This document shows, one piece after another, positions 11,753-23,321 of a DNA stretch of 64,000 nucleotides; the first letter of the stretch is position 1; each line of letters begins with the position of its first letter. The stretch is from Eledone cirrhosa (taxonomy: Eukaryota), in assembly GCA_964016885.1 (NCBI GenBank), contig OZ024744.1:77128001-77192000 (forward strand). The letters are read 5' to 3'. A model generated the notes under the pieces. It did not search any database and was not told the DNA's origin. It worked only from the letters and a program-made list of their open reading frames with translations. Made by a program: the position numbers and the translations under genes.

Positions 11753-14632
11753 TTCTTTATTAGCCACAGGGGCACAAAAGAAGGGGACAAATACAAAAGG
11801 GGAAGTTTACATACAATAAAAACGTGTAAAATGTTATCACAGATGGAATTTAAAAGTTAGTCGATTTTCCCCAATAGAGGGAGACAGTTTATATGGGTAA
11901 CACATACCCCCGAAAAAAAATGTGCAACCCTCATCTCCAGGAGTACGAAGAGCTTGTACTCCTTTCCTCTCCTCCTCTTTTTCCTCAACCTACAGGCTGA
12001 TATAGAGAGAAGGCCCATTCACTCGGGCCATTCTCGCCACTTTCACCCACCTTTCATAAAACTTGCTGGGGTACAGCACCTCTCTCTCCATCCTGATTCT
12101 TCTTCCAAAGTGGTATTTGAAAAAAAGAATCAGTTGTTGGCCGGAAAGAAAGGTGTCTGACCTCAGCCCTTTCAACCTTGTCCACCATACAACCTCTTTC
12201 GCCATAGCTATCACACAAAGGAAAACCGCCTCTCCTTCGTTTTTGAAGGAGGGTGGCGGTTTGATCATGACAATGGACTCGGTGGTCAACTGGATTGGTC
12301 CCACCCGCGACAATAGTCGTTCTACATAGCCCCAAAGGTCAGTGACGCCCGGGCAGTGTATGAATGCGTGCGCGACGGTTTCTTCGTCTCGCACGCACCT
12401 CGGACAGATCTTTTTTGCAGGGTCCCTGCCCGGGCGCCCATGTCTGTAGAGCTTGTCTCGAACTGGTAGAGCTCCTCGGTAGCACTGCCAGGCCAGGGAC
12501 TTTTGGAAGTTGTCCATCGGTCCCGGGCGGAAGGTCCTACCGAACAGACTGGCCAGTTCATCTTCCTCCACGCCTAGAGTTTCACCGAGCGCGTCGTCGC
12601 ACTTGCTGCGGACCAACCCTCTATAGAATGACGAAGTGGAGTCTCCACTGATCGCCGGGTCCGCCTGCCAGAGGGCTGTGAGCGCCTGAGCACATTCGAT
12701 GTGCCAGTCGCCCATTTTCCTCGGTCTCTGCTTGACCCAGGACTGCAGCTCGGTCAGCGAGACGAGTCGTGGGAAGGCTCGCCTCACGAACGAGGCCCAC
12801 ACCGGTTGTCCGGTGAGGAATACGTAGAGATGCCGCAGCCTGAGCGCGTGTTTGCGCATCGTCAACCACGGCATCCCAAGCCCTCCGTTAGAAGGGTGTT
12901 GGCAGCAGATGGATCTTCTTACCAAAGGAGTCCGCCTCTTCCAAAGGAATCGGAAGAGCGCGCGCTCCATTTTGGCGAGCGTTTTGGCTGGACAAGGCAC
13001 GACGGTCAAGCGGTAGTAGATGGCGGACGCTATAAAAGTGTTCGCCACCTCCGCTCGACCTTTCAAGGATAGTTTGCACTCGGCCCACTTCTGGGTGAGT
13101 GCAAACACCTTGGCCGTCACTTCGTTCCAGTTCTTCTCCACCTGGAGGTCCGGACCAAACCAGACCCCGAGCAGCTTTACCGGTCCTTCCGTCCAGCGTC
13201 CGACGACTCCATCGGAAGGCATCGGTCTGCCTCTCCACGATCCGAGTTGCAAACCGATGGACTTGTCCCGGTTCAGCTTCGCTCCTGTGAGACTTTCGTA
13301 TTCCTTTTGTAAGGTGCCGACTTCCTCGATTTGCGAGGCGCTCGACACCATTACTGTCACGTCGTCGGCGTAGGCCGACGCCGCTTTCCGCAGTCCCGGT
13401 TCCAGAGGGATGCCCTGCAATAGCTCCAGCTTCCGCAGTAGTGGCTCGAGAGTCAGTACGTACAGAAGGGAGGAGAGAGGGCATCCCTGTCGAATGGATC
13501 GCGTAATATGGAACGGCTCCGAGAGGTAACCGTTCACCTTGACCCTTGAGCAGATGTTGCTGTTGTGCATTGCAGCAATCCAGCCCCTGAACACGGGTCC
13601 GAAGCCTGCCGCCTCGAGCACCACATCCAGGTAACGATGGTCAACCCTATCGAAAGCCTTAGACTGATCCAAGTTGATCAGGGCCCCACCGAAGTCGGGT
13701 TTACACCCTACCCTCTCTATGATGTATCGCATGAGGTGGAGGTTGTCGTGTATGGGCCTGGTCGGGATTGCGCATGTTTTCGCTTCTCCCACCAGGTTCT
13801 CGACGACAAGCGCCAGCCTCTTTGCCAACACCTTGGCCAAAATCTGTAACTCTGTGTTTAGCAGAGTTATGGGCCGGAAGTTGCCTATGTCATCCCTCTT
13901 ATTCTCGTCCTTCCTGATTAGTGTGACCACGCCCCCGGTTACAGAACTGGGAATTCTCCCGTTCTGTTGCCAGTTGCAGTAGACCGCTTCCAGGAGACCG
14001 GAGAATAAGTCCGGCATTGCTACGTAAAATTCGTAGGGTAGACCGTCGAGACCTGGAGATTTGCGTTTGCCGCATTGGCTCAGCGCGTCCCCTATCTCAG
14101 TGGCTGAAATCGGCTTTTCGCAGAACTTCGCCTCGCTGTCCGAGAGTCGCGGTAGGCCGTCGAGGTATGGACCGAAATCCATAGCCTCTCCCGGCGCGCC
14201 GCTCCCCCCGAACAGCCGAGCAAAGTGCCGCTGAAAAGCCGCACACATCTGCTTCGACTCACGTATCACGCGTCCGTTTTGGTCCTTCAAAGACCGAATC
14301 GTGGACTTGTTGCCACTTTTTGCCTCCGTCACTCGGGCCCAGCTAACAGCTTTGGCTCCCTCGTTTCCCAGAGCACGTATTTTGCTTCTGACAACGCAGC
14401 CCTCGTGCTTTGCGTCGAAGAACTGGTCCAAGGCCGTTCTCGTTGCTAGCACGCTGGCTACGTTGCCACTTCTAATTGCCTCTTCTACTTTATCTACCAG
14501 TTCCTTCTCGGTTCTATTTCTATCTAACGCTAATTCTTTACTAAAAACTATCGAGTCTAATCTAACTGCCCTCTTGAGAGAGTACCACCATCTGTTCTTG
14601 ACAATGGCCCCTGTCAAGTGCTGTTTAACTAA
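11752..14632 (-). mobile_element. 5'-truncated Tx1 copy A2
   Basis: Homologous to the 3' 2.9 kb of A1; truncated at ...TTAGTTAAACAGCAC. Confidence 0.95.
11990..14617 (-). CDS. Uninterrupted 875-codon RT ORF lacking the endonuclease domain
   Basis: LDQSKAFDRV, RQGCPLS, YADD, LLGV, CPRC...HC; begins at TTG next to the truncation point, so expression is unproven. Confidence 0.6.
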   Translation of the reverse strand: MTGAIVKNRWWYSLKRAVRLDSIVFSKELALDRNRTEKELVDKVEEAIRSGNVASVLATRTALDQFFDAKHEGCVVRSKIRALGNEGAKAVSWARVTEAKSGNKSTIRSLKDQNGRVIRESKQMCAAFQRHFARLFGGSGAPGEAMDFGPYLDGLPRLSDSEAKFCEKPISATEIGDALSQCGKRKSPGLDGLPYEFYVAMPDLFSGLLEAVYCNWQQNGRIPSSVTGGVVTLIRKDENKRDDIGNFRPITLLNTELQILAKVLAKRLALVVENLVGEAKTCAIPTRPIHDNLHLMRYIIERVGCKPDFGGALINLDQSKAFDRVDHRYLDVVLEAAGFGPVFRGWIAAMHNSNICSRVKVNGYLSEPFHITRSIRQGCPLSSLLYVLTLEPLLRKLELLQGIPLEPGLRKAASAYADDVTVMVSSASQIEEVGTLQKEYESLTGAKLNRDKSIGLQLGSWRGRPMPSDGVVGRWTEGPVKLLGVWFGPDLQVEKNWNEVTAKVFALTQKWAECKLSLKGRAEVANTFIASAIYYRLTVVPCPAKTLAKMERALFRFLWKRRTPLVRRSICCQHPSNGGLGMPWLTMRKHALRLRHLYVFLTGQPVWASFVRRAFPRLVSLTELQSWVKQRPRKMGDWHIECAQALTALWQADPAISGDSTSSFYRGLVRSKCDDALGETLGVEEDELASLFGRTFRPGPMDNFQKSLAWQCYRGALPVRDKLYRHGRPGRDPAKKICPRCVRDEETVAHAFIHCPGVTDLWGYVERLLSRVGPIQLTTESIVMIKPPPSFKNEGEAVFLCVIAMAKEVVWWTRLKGLRSDTFLSGQQLILFFKYHFGRRIRMEREVLYPSKFYERWVKVARMARVNGPSLYISL

Positions 14633-14633
14633 T

Positions 14634-14700
<67 letters not shown>

Positions 14701-14702
14701 TA
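14633..14702. repeat. (GATA)n spacer
   Basis: Seen directly. Confidence 0.95.
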
Positions 14703-17581
14703 TTTCTTTATTAGCCACAGGGGCACAAAAGAAGGGGACAAATACAAAGGGGGAAGTTTACATACAATAAAAACGTGTAAAATGTTATCACAGATGGAAT
14801 TTAAAAGTTAGTCGATTTTCCCCAATAGAGGGAGACAGTTTATATGGGTAACACATACCCCCGAAAAAATGTGCAACCCTCATCTCCAGGAGTACGAAGA
14901 GCTTGTACTCCTTTCCTCTCCTTCTCCTTTTCCTCAATCTACAGGCTGATATAGAGAGAAGGCCCATTCACTCGGGCCATTCTCGCCACTTTCACCCACC
15001 TTTCATAAAACTTGCTGCGGTACAGCACCTCTCTCTCCATCCTGATTCTTCTTCCAAAGTGGTATTTGAAAAAAAGAATCAGTTGTTGGCCGGAGAGAAA
15101 GGTGTCTGACCTCAGCCCTTTCAACCTTGTCCACCATACAACCTCTTTCGCCATAGCTATCACACAAAGGAAAACCGCCTCTCCTTCGTTTTTGAAGGAG
15201 GGTGGCGGTTTGATCATGACAATGGACTCGGTGGTCAACTGGATTGGTCCCACCCGCGACAATAGTCGTTCTACATATCCCCACAGGTCAGTGACGCCCG
15301 GGCAGTGTATGAATGCGTGCGCGACGGTTTCTTCGTCTCGCACGCACCTCGGACAGATCTTTTTTGCAGGGTCCCTGCCCGGGCGCCCATGTCTGTAGAG
15401 CTTGTCTCGAACTGGTAGAGCTCCTCGGTAGCACTGCCAGGCCAGGGACTTTTGGAAGTTGTCCATCGGTCCCGGGCGGAAGGTCCTACCGAACAGACTG
15501 GCCAGTTCATCTTCCTCCACGCCCAGAGTTTCACCGAGCGCGTCGTCGCACTTGCTGCGGACCAACCCTCTATAGAATGACGAAGTGGAGTCTCCACTGA
15601 TCGCCGGGTCCGCCTGCCAGAGGGCTGTGAGCGCCTGAGCACATTCGATGTGCCAGTTGCCCATTTTCCTCGGTCTCTGCTTGACCCAGGACTGCAGCTC
15701 GGTCAGTGAGACGAGTCGTGGGAAGGCTCGCCTCACGAACGGGGCCCACACCGGTTGTCCGGTGAGGAATACGTAGAGATGCCGCAGCCTGAGCGCGTGT
15801 TTGCGCATCGTCAACCACGGCATCCCCAGCCCTCCGTTAGAAGGGTGTTGGCAGCAGATGGATCTTCTTACCAAAGGAGCCCGCCTCTTCCAAAGGAATC
15901 GGAAGAGGGCGCGCTCCATTTTGGCGAGCGTTTTGGCTGGACAAGGCACGACGGTCAAGCGGTAGTAGATGGCGGACGCTATAAAAGTGTTCGCCACCTC
16001 CGCTCGACCTTTCAAGGATAGTTTGCACTCGGCCCACTTCTGGGTGAGTGCAAACACCTTGGCCGTCACTTCGTTCCAGTTCTTCTCCACCTGGAGGTCC
16101 GGACCAAACCAGACCCCGAGCAGCTTTACCGGTCCTTCCGTCCAGCGTCCGACGACGCCATCGGAAGGCATCGGTCTGCCTCTCCACGATCCGAGTTGCA
16201 AACCGATGGACTTGTCCCGGTTCAGCTTCGCTCCTGTGAGACTTTCGTATTCCTTTAGTAAGGTGCCGACTTTCTCGATTTGCGAGGCGCTCGACACCAT
16301 TACTGTCACGTCGTCGGCGTAGGCCGACGCCGCTTTCCGCAGTCCCGGTTCCAGAGGGATGCCCTGCAATAGCTCCAGCTTCCGCAGAAGTGGCTCGAGA
16401 GTCAGTACGTACAGAAGGGAGGAGAGAGGGCATCCCTGTCGAATGGATCGCGTAATATGGAACGGCTCCGAGAGGTAACCGTTCACCTTGACCCTTGAGC
16501 AGATGTTGCTGTTGTGCATTGCAGCAATCCAGCCCCTGAACACGGGTCCGAAGCCTGCCGCCTCGAGCACCGCATCCAGGTAACGATGGTCAACCCTATC
16601 GAAAGCCTTAGACTGATCCAAGTTGATCAGGGCCCCACCGAAGCCGGGTTTACACCCTACCCTCTCTATGATGTATCGCATGAGGTGGAGGTTGTCGTGT
16701 ATGGACCTGGTCGGGATCGCGCATGTTTGCGCTTCTCCCACCAGGTTCTCGACGACAAGCGCCAGCCTCTTTGCCAACACCTTGGCCAAAATCTGTAACT
16801 CTGTGTTTAGCAGAGTTATGGGCCGGAAGTTGCCTATGTCATCCCCCTTATTCTCGTCCTTCCTGATTAGTGTGACCACGCCCCCGGTTACAGAACTGGG
16901 AATTCTCCCGTTCTGTTGCCAGTTGCAGTAGACCGCTTCCAGGAGACCGGAGAATAAGTCCGGCATTGCTACGTAAAATTCGTAGGGTAGACCGTCGAGG
17001 CCTGGAGATTTGCGTTTGCCGCATTGGCTCAGCGCGTCCCCTATCTCAGTGGCTGAAATCGGCTTTTCGCAGAACTTCGCCTCGCTGTCCGAGAGTCGCG
17101 GTAGGCCGTCGAGGTATGGACCGAAATCCATAGCCTCTCCCGGCGCGCCGCTCCCCCCGAACAGCCGAGCAAAGTGCCGCTGAAAAGCCGCACACATCTG
17201 CTTCGGCTCACGTATCACGCGTCCGTTTTGGTCCTTCAAAGACCGAATCGTGGACTTGTTGCCACTTTTTGCCTCCGTCACTCGGGCCCAGCTAACAGCT
17301 TTGGCTCCCTCGTTTCCCAGAGCACGTATTTTGCTTCTGACAACGCAACCCTCGTGCTTTGCGTCGAAGAACTGGTCCAAGGCCGTTCTCGTTGCTAGCA
17401 CGCTGGCTACGTTGCCACTTCTAATTGCCTCTTCTACTTTATCTACCAGTTCCTTCTCGGTTCTATTTCTATCTAACGCTAATTCTTTACTAAAAACTAT
17501 CGAGTCTAATCTAACTGCCCTCTTGAGAGAGTACCACCATCTGTTCTTGACAATGGCCCCTGTCAAGTGCTGTTTAACTAA
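14703..17581 (-). mobile_element. 5'-truncated Tx1 copy A3 (tandem twin of A2)
   Basis: Same truncation base and same AATATAGATA junction as A2; offset 2949 bp. Confidence 0.95.
14939..17566 (-). CDS. Uninterrupted 875-codon RT ORF lacking the endonuclease domain
   Basis: Same motifs as A2, differing at about a dozen residues. Confidence 0.6.
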   Translation of the reverse strand: MTGAIVKNRWWYSLKRAVRLDSIVFSKELALDRNRTEKELVDKVEEAIRSGNVASVLATRTALDQFFDAKHEGCVVRSKIRALGNEGAKAVSWARVTEAKSGNKSTIRSLKDQNGRVIREPKQMCAAFQRHFARLFGGSGAPGEAMDFGPYLDGLPRLSDSEAKFCEKPISATEIGDALSQCGKRKSPGLDGLPYEFYVAMPDLFSGLLEAVYCNWQQNGRIPSSVTGGVVTLIRKDENKGDDIGNFRPITLLNTELQILAKVLAKRLALVVENLVGEAQTCAIPTRSIHDNLHLMRYIIERVGCKPGFGGALINLDQSKAFDRVDHRYLDAVLEAAGFGPVFRGWIAAMHNSNICSRVKVNGYLSEPFHITRSIRQGCPLSSLLYVLTLEPLLRKLELLQGIPLEPGLRKAASAYADDVTVMVSSASQIEKVGTLLKEYESLTGAKLNRDKSIGLQLGSWRGRPMPSDGVVGRWTEGPVKLLGVWFGPDLQVEKNWNEVTAKVFALTQKWAECKLSLKGRAEVANTFIASAIYYRLTVVPCPAKTLAKMERALFRFLWKRRAPLVRRSICCQHPSNGGLGMPWLTMRKHALRLRHLYVFLTGQPVWAPFVRRAFPRLVSLTELQSWVKQRPRKMGNWHIECAQALTALWQADPAISGDSTSSFYRGLVRSKCDDALGETLGVEEDELASLFGRTFRPGPMDNFQKSLAWQCYRGALPVRDKLYRHGRPGRDPAKKICPRCVRDEETVAHAFIHCPGVTDLWGYVERLLSRVGPIQLTTESIVMIKPPPSFKNEGEAVFLCVIAMAKEVVWWTRLKGLRSDTFLSGQQLILFFKYHFGRRIRMEREVLYRSKFYERWVKVARMARVNGPSLYISL

Positions 17582-17582
17582 T

Positions 17583-17674
<92 letters not shown>
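17582..17674. repeat. (GATA)n at the 5' flank of the Tx1 array
   Basis: Seen directly; no Tx1 3' end lies beyond it. Confidence 0.95.
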
Positions 17675-17675
<1 letters not shown>

Positions 17676-17741
17676 AATACATAATGATATATATATACAA
17701 TGATATTAAATAAATGGAAACTATATTTATAAAACCATATT

Positions 17742-17807
17742 TATTCTATTATATATATTTCAAGGGTACCAAAAAAAAACTTTGGTACGCTTTCATCAGA
17801 TAAAATA
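17742..17807 (-). ncRNA. Minimal type I hammerhead ribozyme motif
   Basis: Minus strand: tattttat CTGATGA aagcgtaccaaa...tttggtaccctt GAAA tatata TA atagaata. Confidence 0.8.
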
Positions 17808-18019
17808 CAAAGTGTGTTTCATAAATTTTGATATAGCCAAGGAACATACCTTAACGGTTGAAGTTTTCCTTGGATAGTGGAGTTAAAGACAGATATTTCA
17901 AAATTGTTAAGATGAGTATGCAATTTTGAAATATCTGTCTTTAACTCGACTATCCAAGGAAAACTTCAACCGTTAAGGTATGTTCCTTGGCTATGTCAAA
18001 ATGTATAAAACACACTTTG

Positions 18020-18081
18020 TATTTTATCTGATGAAAGCGTACCCAAAGTTTTGGTACCATTGAAATATATATAATAGAATA
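18020..18081 (+). ncRNA. Minimal type I hammerhead ribozyme motif
   Basis: tattttat CTGATGA aagcgtacc caaagtttt ggtaccatt GAAA tatata TA atagaata; predicted cut after 18073. Confidence 0.75.
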
Positions 18082-18829
18082 AATATGGTTTTATAAATAT
18101 AGTTTCCATCTATTTAATATCATTGAATATTATACTCCATAATATTATAAAAACTGTTGAGTGCTCTGAATCAGTTATAAACATTTATATTTGTTGAATT
18201 ACCAACAAATTGAATATCCTTTCTGTTTATAATGATATATATATATGTATGTGAATATATAATGATATATCTATATCTATCACAGGTCGAATATTAAGCA
18301 CAGAGCATATTTATAAGCATGAAGTAGTAAACCCGAGATTGTACATCAATGTACACTCTTGACAGGTGCAATGTGTCCGAACACGGAAGAGCCGAACTCC
18401 CACCGTCATTGTCCCCATCTCTCTCACCCTCCCCATCTCTCTGTATAGTGAACAAATGGGGTCACATGTGCTGGCCACCCCAACAACCCCGTATTTTTAC
18501 ATACTCATAAAATTATGTAGCACTAAAATTACAACAGATATATTTCACAAAAAGACAGACACGCACGCACCAATATTTGAACTTTCATTCATGCCACTAC
18601 TCTCCGACCACCACTACCACACACAGCAAAGGGAACAATATCCATTGAATTTAATGATGGGTTTGTAAAGGCAAAGTGGTGAGTATTGTTACTCTGGAAT
18701 TTCAGCTGTGCACTCCCAACAACGAATAGTCTCATTTAAACTGAATATTGTAAAATGTAAGGGAGACAATAATTGATGTGTCATGCAAGAGTTATTTCCC
18801 TTAAAACAAAGTTGCTATAAAGATAAAGC

Positions 18830-19032
18830 GTGAATGCACTTGGCTTAGTGTGTATGAGATTTGCATTCACAAGCACGCATTGCTCGGATCCGGCAATGCG
18901 TTACGTCTTTGAGCAGTACACCTTATTTCACGTTACTCCAGTTCACTCAGCTGGGGAAAATGTGTTGCGGCGTCATTGGTGCCAAGTTGTTTCGACCACT
19001 CATTTTCCCTTGGAGAATATTTGTGGTGAAAC

Positions 19033-19035
<3 letters not shown>
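18830..19035 (+). mobile_element. Degenerate Meta-type SINE
   Basis: TGGCTTAGTG head and TCTTTGAGCAGTACACCTTATTTCACGTTACTCCAGTTCACTCAGCTG, matching the 2575-2847 element. Confidence 0.6.
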
Positions 19036-19115
<80 letters not shown>

Positions 19116-19127
19116 CGCGCGTGCGTG

Positions 19128-19458
19128 TACAGCTATGTCGGAGCGAAATTTTTAATTCTACTTTCAGGCTGAGCCGGCTTATACAGTTCTATATGCAAAT
19201 GAAGCTAATCAGTCCATTTACACAGTCGAAACAACTATATATGTTTGTGTTTCAAATTCCACAAGAGAGCAGGGGAAGTACTGTTCTGACGAGGGCCAGT
19301 GGCAAAAATGTACATTGGCAGTTATCCCCCGCTCTGTCTGCTGGAATCCGCTTGACGGCGCTAGCCGTAAGCCTTTCAACATTCATAGCTAGAAGGCTTT
19401 CCAAAGTGTTATTCTTAAACATACCGTATATCATTAGATATTTAGATATACGAAATTC
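19128..19458 (+). mobile_element. Short element with a degenerate hammerhead (family H2)
   Basis: Homologous to both arms at 44627-45250; actgtt CTGACGA ... aaaa tgtaca TT ggcagt at 19280-19322. Confidence 0.65.
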
Positions 19459-19467
19459 TCTCTCTCA

Positions 19468-19573
<106 letters not shown>

Positions 19574-19589
19574 TATATAGATATATATG

Positions 19590-20590
19590 CAGTAGGTGGG
19601 GTGTAACGGTATCTACAGGCGGTTCGCCTGTCAGAGCACTTATTGCAGTTCTAAAGGAACATCGCGTGTAGGGTTTATACTTCCAGGTATCTAAGAGCAA
19701 CTAGCTAATGGCAGCTGTAACCTGCTGAGTGTAAAAAAAGTAATGCCGAGTGCTGCATGGTTGGAATGAAATTAGTGCTGCAGAAACTAAGACATTCATC
19801 CTCTCAATGAAGCCTGTGCAGTGCACTCTACATATAAATGAAGTTCCACTGAAGCAGGAAGAGAAGTTCAAGTATCTCAAGGCCATGTTTACGAGTGATG
19901 GAAGGCAGGGGCTAAATTATGTGCAAGAATTGCAAGAGCTGATGCATAAATGCCCCAGCTTCAACATTCAGTAATCGGAAGAAGTGAGGAAGGTGTAAAA
20001 GCCAAATTCACTACCTCCAATTCGGTTTTCGAGCCAACCGTTAACTATGGTCATGAATCTTGGCTAATGACCGAAAGAATAGATCGCAAATACAAGCGGC
20101 CGAAATGGGGTTCCTCCGAAGGGTCTTTGGAGTAATGTTACTGGATAGAGTGCATAGCTCGCAGATTAGAAAGTCACTCCAGGGAGAGCCGCTACATCCC
20201 CCGAATTGAGATATCACAGCTTCGGTAATATGGACATGTGGTTAGAATGTCTCAGGAAAGAATCGTTGGGCAGATATTGCGGTCAAAATCAACCGGCAGG
20301 AGACCAAGGAGTGGACTCGGAGCAAGATGGTTGGATAACATCCACGAGCTTGGCTGGTCTCACTTGGAGATACAGCCGGATCTGTTGGAGACGGTTGCTT
20401 CTGATATGACCCGCTGGAGAAAGAGTTTGAGGACTCTGCTTCGTCGACCCTCTCAGGAATAAGTGGGAGAAGAAGAAGAAGAAGAAGAAGAAGAAGAAGA
20501 AGAAGAAGAAGAAGAAGAAGAAGAAGAAGAAGAAGAAGAAGAAGAAGAAGAAGAAGAAGAAGAAGAAGAAAACGAAGAAGAAGAAGAAAC
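19590..20590 (+). mobile_element. RTE-clade (Rex3/Expander-like) LINE 3' fragment with (GAA)n tail
   Basis: LKQEEKFKYL..MFTSDG, YGHESW.MT, GRRPRSG...RWLDNI; 3' end CTCAGGAATAAGTGGGA then (GAA)n 20468-20590. The first ~150 bp are less certain. Confidence 0.8.
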
Positions 20591-20660
20591 AACGTATCCA
20601 AATTACTGGCCTTGTGCTTATATCAGAAATCATTATTTGTGTATATATTGTGTATATAAG

Positions 20661-20846
20661 GGCAGTGGATTGGCAGTATCGGTAGAGGGTCGGACGCCAT
20701 GCTTTGCAGCAAAGAATTACGCCCCTTTATGGTCTGAGTTCAAATCTCGCCGAGTTTAACTTTGTCTTTCATCCTTACGGGGTCGATAAAATAAAGTACC
20801 AGTAATGTGCTGGGTAATTTCTGGCCTTGTGCCAAAAGTAGAAACA
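20661..20846 (+). mobile_element. tRNA-derived SINE with 18-bp TSD
   Basis: Same family as 3375; ATTATTTGTGTATATATT at 20632 and 20847. Confidence 0.9.
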
Positions 20847-20911
20847 ATTATTTGTGTATATATTAATAAATACCTGTATTTTTTTTTTATTATTCTTTTT
20901 TGTCGCAGATC

Positions 20912-21272
20912 CGACACACAAACACACACACACAACCCAGACACACACACACTCAGACACACACACACGCACATACTCAGACACACACACACACACTCAG
21001 ACACACACACACTCAGACACACACACGCACACACACAGACACACATATTCAGACACACACGCACGCACACACTCAGACACACACCTACCCAGACACACAC
21101 ACACTCATACATAGACACACACACACTCACACATATATACACACACACTCACACATAGATACACACACACGCACGCACGCATACACACACACGCGCGCGC
21201 ACGCGCGCACACATGCACACACGCATGCACACACATACACACACACTCACGCACGCACGCATACGCACACAC
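20912..21272. repeat. Degenerate (CA)n with a recurring CTCAGA higher-order unit
   Basis: Seen directly. Confidence 0.9.
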
Positions 21273-21302
21273 GGAGTAAAAAGTTATAAAATTAAATGAT
21301 TA

Positions 21303-22005
21303 GCTTCACTCACTGCCTCCGCCCCTCTCTCTCGCTCTCCCAATCGCTCCCTATTATATGCAAATGGGGCCCCACGCCCTGGCAACCCCGCGATCCCCGT
21401 GAAGACGTTTCCCCGGAGGATCGTGAGGGAGACGCGTTGGAAAAGCCATTCCAGTTCACGAGGCTCACACCTGCGGGTAGCCGACTCTATGCCAATGGTG
21501 GTGATTAGGGAGATAGTCCTAGGGCCAAGTTCACCAGAAGTCTTTTGATTTTGTTTTCGAATGAGGACATTGTATGAAGTACATGGACATTCTCAATGAA
21601 GGTAGAAGATATTCCTTCGGACGAGTATTTAATCCTCAGTTTATTTTACCAACCTAAAAACTCGGATCAACTTAGATGTTTACCGCTTTTGTTTTACGAT
21701 GTAGTTAATAAGTGCGATTTAAGGTCAGGTAGAGGCGATCACTTGTCTTATATGTTGACATAACAACAATGTTTTGTTGGCCCTAGGACCACCTTCGGCA
21801 CAGTGTTGGCTACCCGCAGGTGTAAGCCTCACAGGCTGGAATGGCTCTTCCAATTCGTCTCCCTCACCATCCTCCGGGGAAACGCCTTTTCTATTCTGTC
21901 CCCCGGAGCCGTGGGGCAGCCCGCGTATGGGACTCTATATAATAAAGAGAGCTGAGGAGAGCGAGAGAGCGGAGCCAGTGGGTAAAGCCTTTATCCTTTA
22001 TATAC
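21303..22005. repeat. Two family X copies in inverted orientation (21303-21543 +, 21776-22005 -)
   Basis: CCTAGGGCCAA versus TTGGCCCTAGG; CCCCGGAGGATCGTGAGGGAGACG versus CGTCTCCCTCACCATCCTCCGGGG. Confidence 0.75.
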
Positions 22006-22141
22006 AGAATGAATAATTTAATTTTATAACTATTTAATCTGTGTGTGTTTGTGTTTGTGTGTTTGTGTGTGTATACATAAAACCCTGGGGAGAGAGTGAG
22101 ATACGGAGCCAGTGGGGAAAGCCTTTATCCTTTAGATACAG

Positions 22142-22235
22142 AATGGGGCTACAAGACCGGCGGCCCAACCATCTGCGAATGCGGAGAGGAGGACCATACG
22201 ATGCAGCACTGCCTTGTTTGCCCTCTACACAACAG
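22142..22235 (+). mobile_element. LINE C-terminal zinc-knuckle fragment (Ingi/Vingi-like)
   Basis: Translates as WGYKTGGPTICECGEEDHTMQHCLVCPL. Confidence 0.55.
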
Positions 22236-22362
22236 ATAAATCGTCTTTCTTTACAACTCTTTCGTAGTTAGAACATTTTTTTCTTTAGTTTATTTATTTA
22301 TTTATTTTGTGTTATTGTTGTTATTATTTTATCTTTTCCTTCTCTCTTGTATTTTTTCAATA

Positions 22363-22508
22363 GTTCTTCTTCTTCTTCCTTCTTCTTCTTCTTCTTCTTC
22401 TTCTTCTTCTTCTTCTTCTTCTTCTTCTTCTTCTTCTTCTTCTTCTTCTTCTTCTTCTTCTTCTTCTTCTTCTTCGCCTTCTTCTTCTTATTTATTATTA
22501 TTATTATT
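22363..22508. repeat. (TTC)n followed by (ATT)n
   Basis: Seen directly. Confidence 0.95.
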
Positions 22509-23320
22509 TTCGAGCCGAGGACGATGGACAATTTCCAGAAACCCCTCGCTTGGCAGTGCTACCGGGGAGCACTGCCGGTTCGGGATAAACTCTACAGGCA
22601 CGGAAGTGCTGTCAGACGGACCTGCCCAAGATGCGCACAGAAAGACGAAACCGTTCTGCACGCACTTGTCCAATGTCCGTGCATTACTGACTTGTGGAGT
22701 TATGTCGAACAGCTACTGTAGCGTGTGGAACGGATCCGGCTATCGGCCGAGTCCATAGTGAAGATCGACCCGCCGCCTTCCTTAGGTCAGGAAGAGCAGG
22801 AAATTTTCCTCTGTCTGGTGGCAGTTGCGAAAGAGATTATATGGTGGACCAGGTTGAAAGGACTGAAGACAGACACTTTTCTCTTCGGCCAATCCCTCAT
22901 CAACTTCTTCAAGTTTCACCTGGAAAGGAATGTGAGGGTGGAGAGAGAAGTGCTGCCCCCCCCCCCCTGTACATTTGCTAAAAGGTGGGTGAATGTGGCG
23001 AGAATGGCTCGGGTGAATGGGCCTACTCTGACCATGCGCCTATAGGCTAGCTAACTTGAGGAGAGGGGTGCTCTCCCTGGGTGCCCTAGAAGCGCAGGGT
23101 GGTTCTGGATTGGTGGGGTACCCGAGTCACCCCAGGGTCGTCCACCCCCTATCGGGGAATTTATTTTCTTATGCATAGTTTATTTTATATTTTTCATATC
23201 TACATTGTTAAATTAGTCTTGCCATTGTTCACTTTTACTCGACCTTATTGTAAAGCCCCACTGTCCCTGTCTTTGTATTGTCCTCTACATGTCGGCCCTT
23301 GTGGCTAATAAATGAAATCA
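22509..23320 (+). mobile_element. 5'-truncated Tx1 family C copy (3' 0.8 kb)
   Basis: MDNFQK.LAWQCYRGALPVRDK...NGPTLTMRL*; 3' UTR ends GTGGCTAATAAATGAAATC then ATTAT; preceded by (ATT)n. Confidence 0.9.
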
Positions 23321-23321
23321 T

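Larger units (their letters stand above)
17698..18228 (+). mobile_element. Fold-back hammerhead element, family H1 (Penelope pseudo-LTR-like)
   Basis: Inverted arms 17698-17906 and 17921-18125, unpaired tail 18126-18228, flanking direct repeat ATAATGATATATATATA (17681, 18229). Confidence 0.85.
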
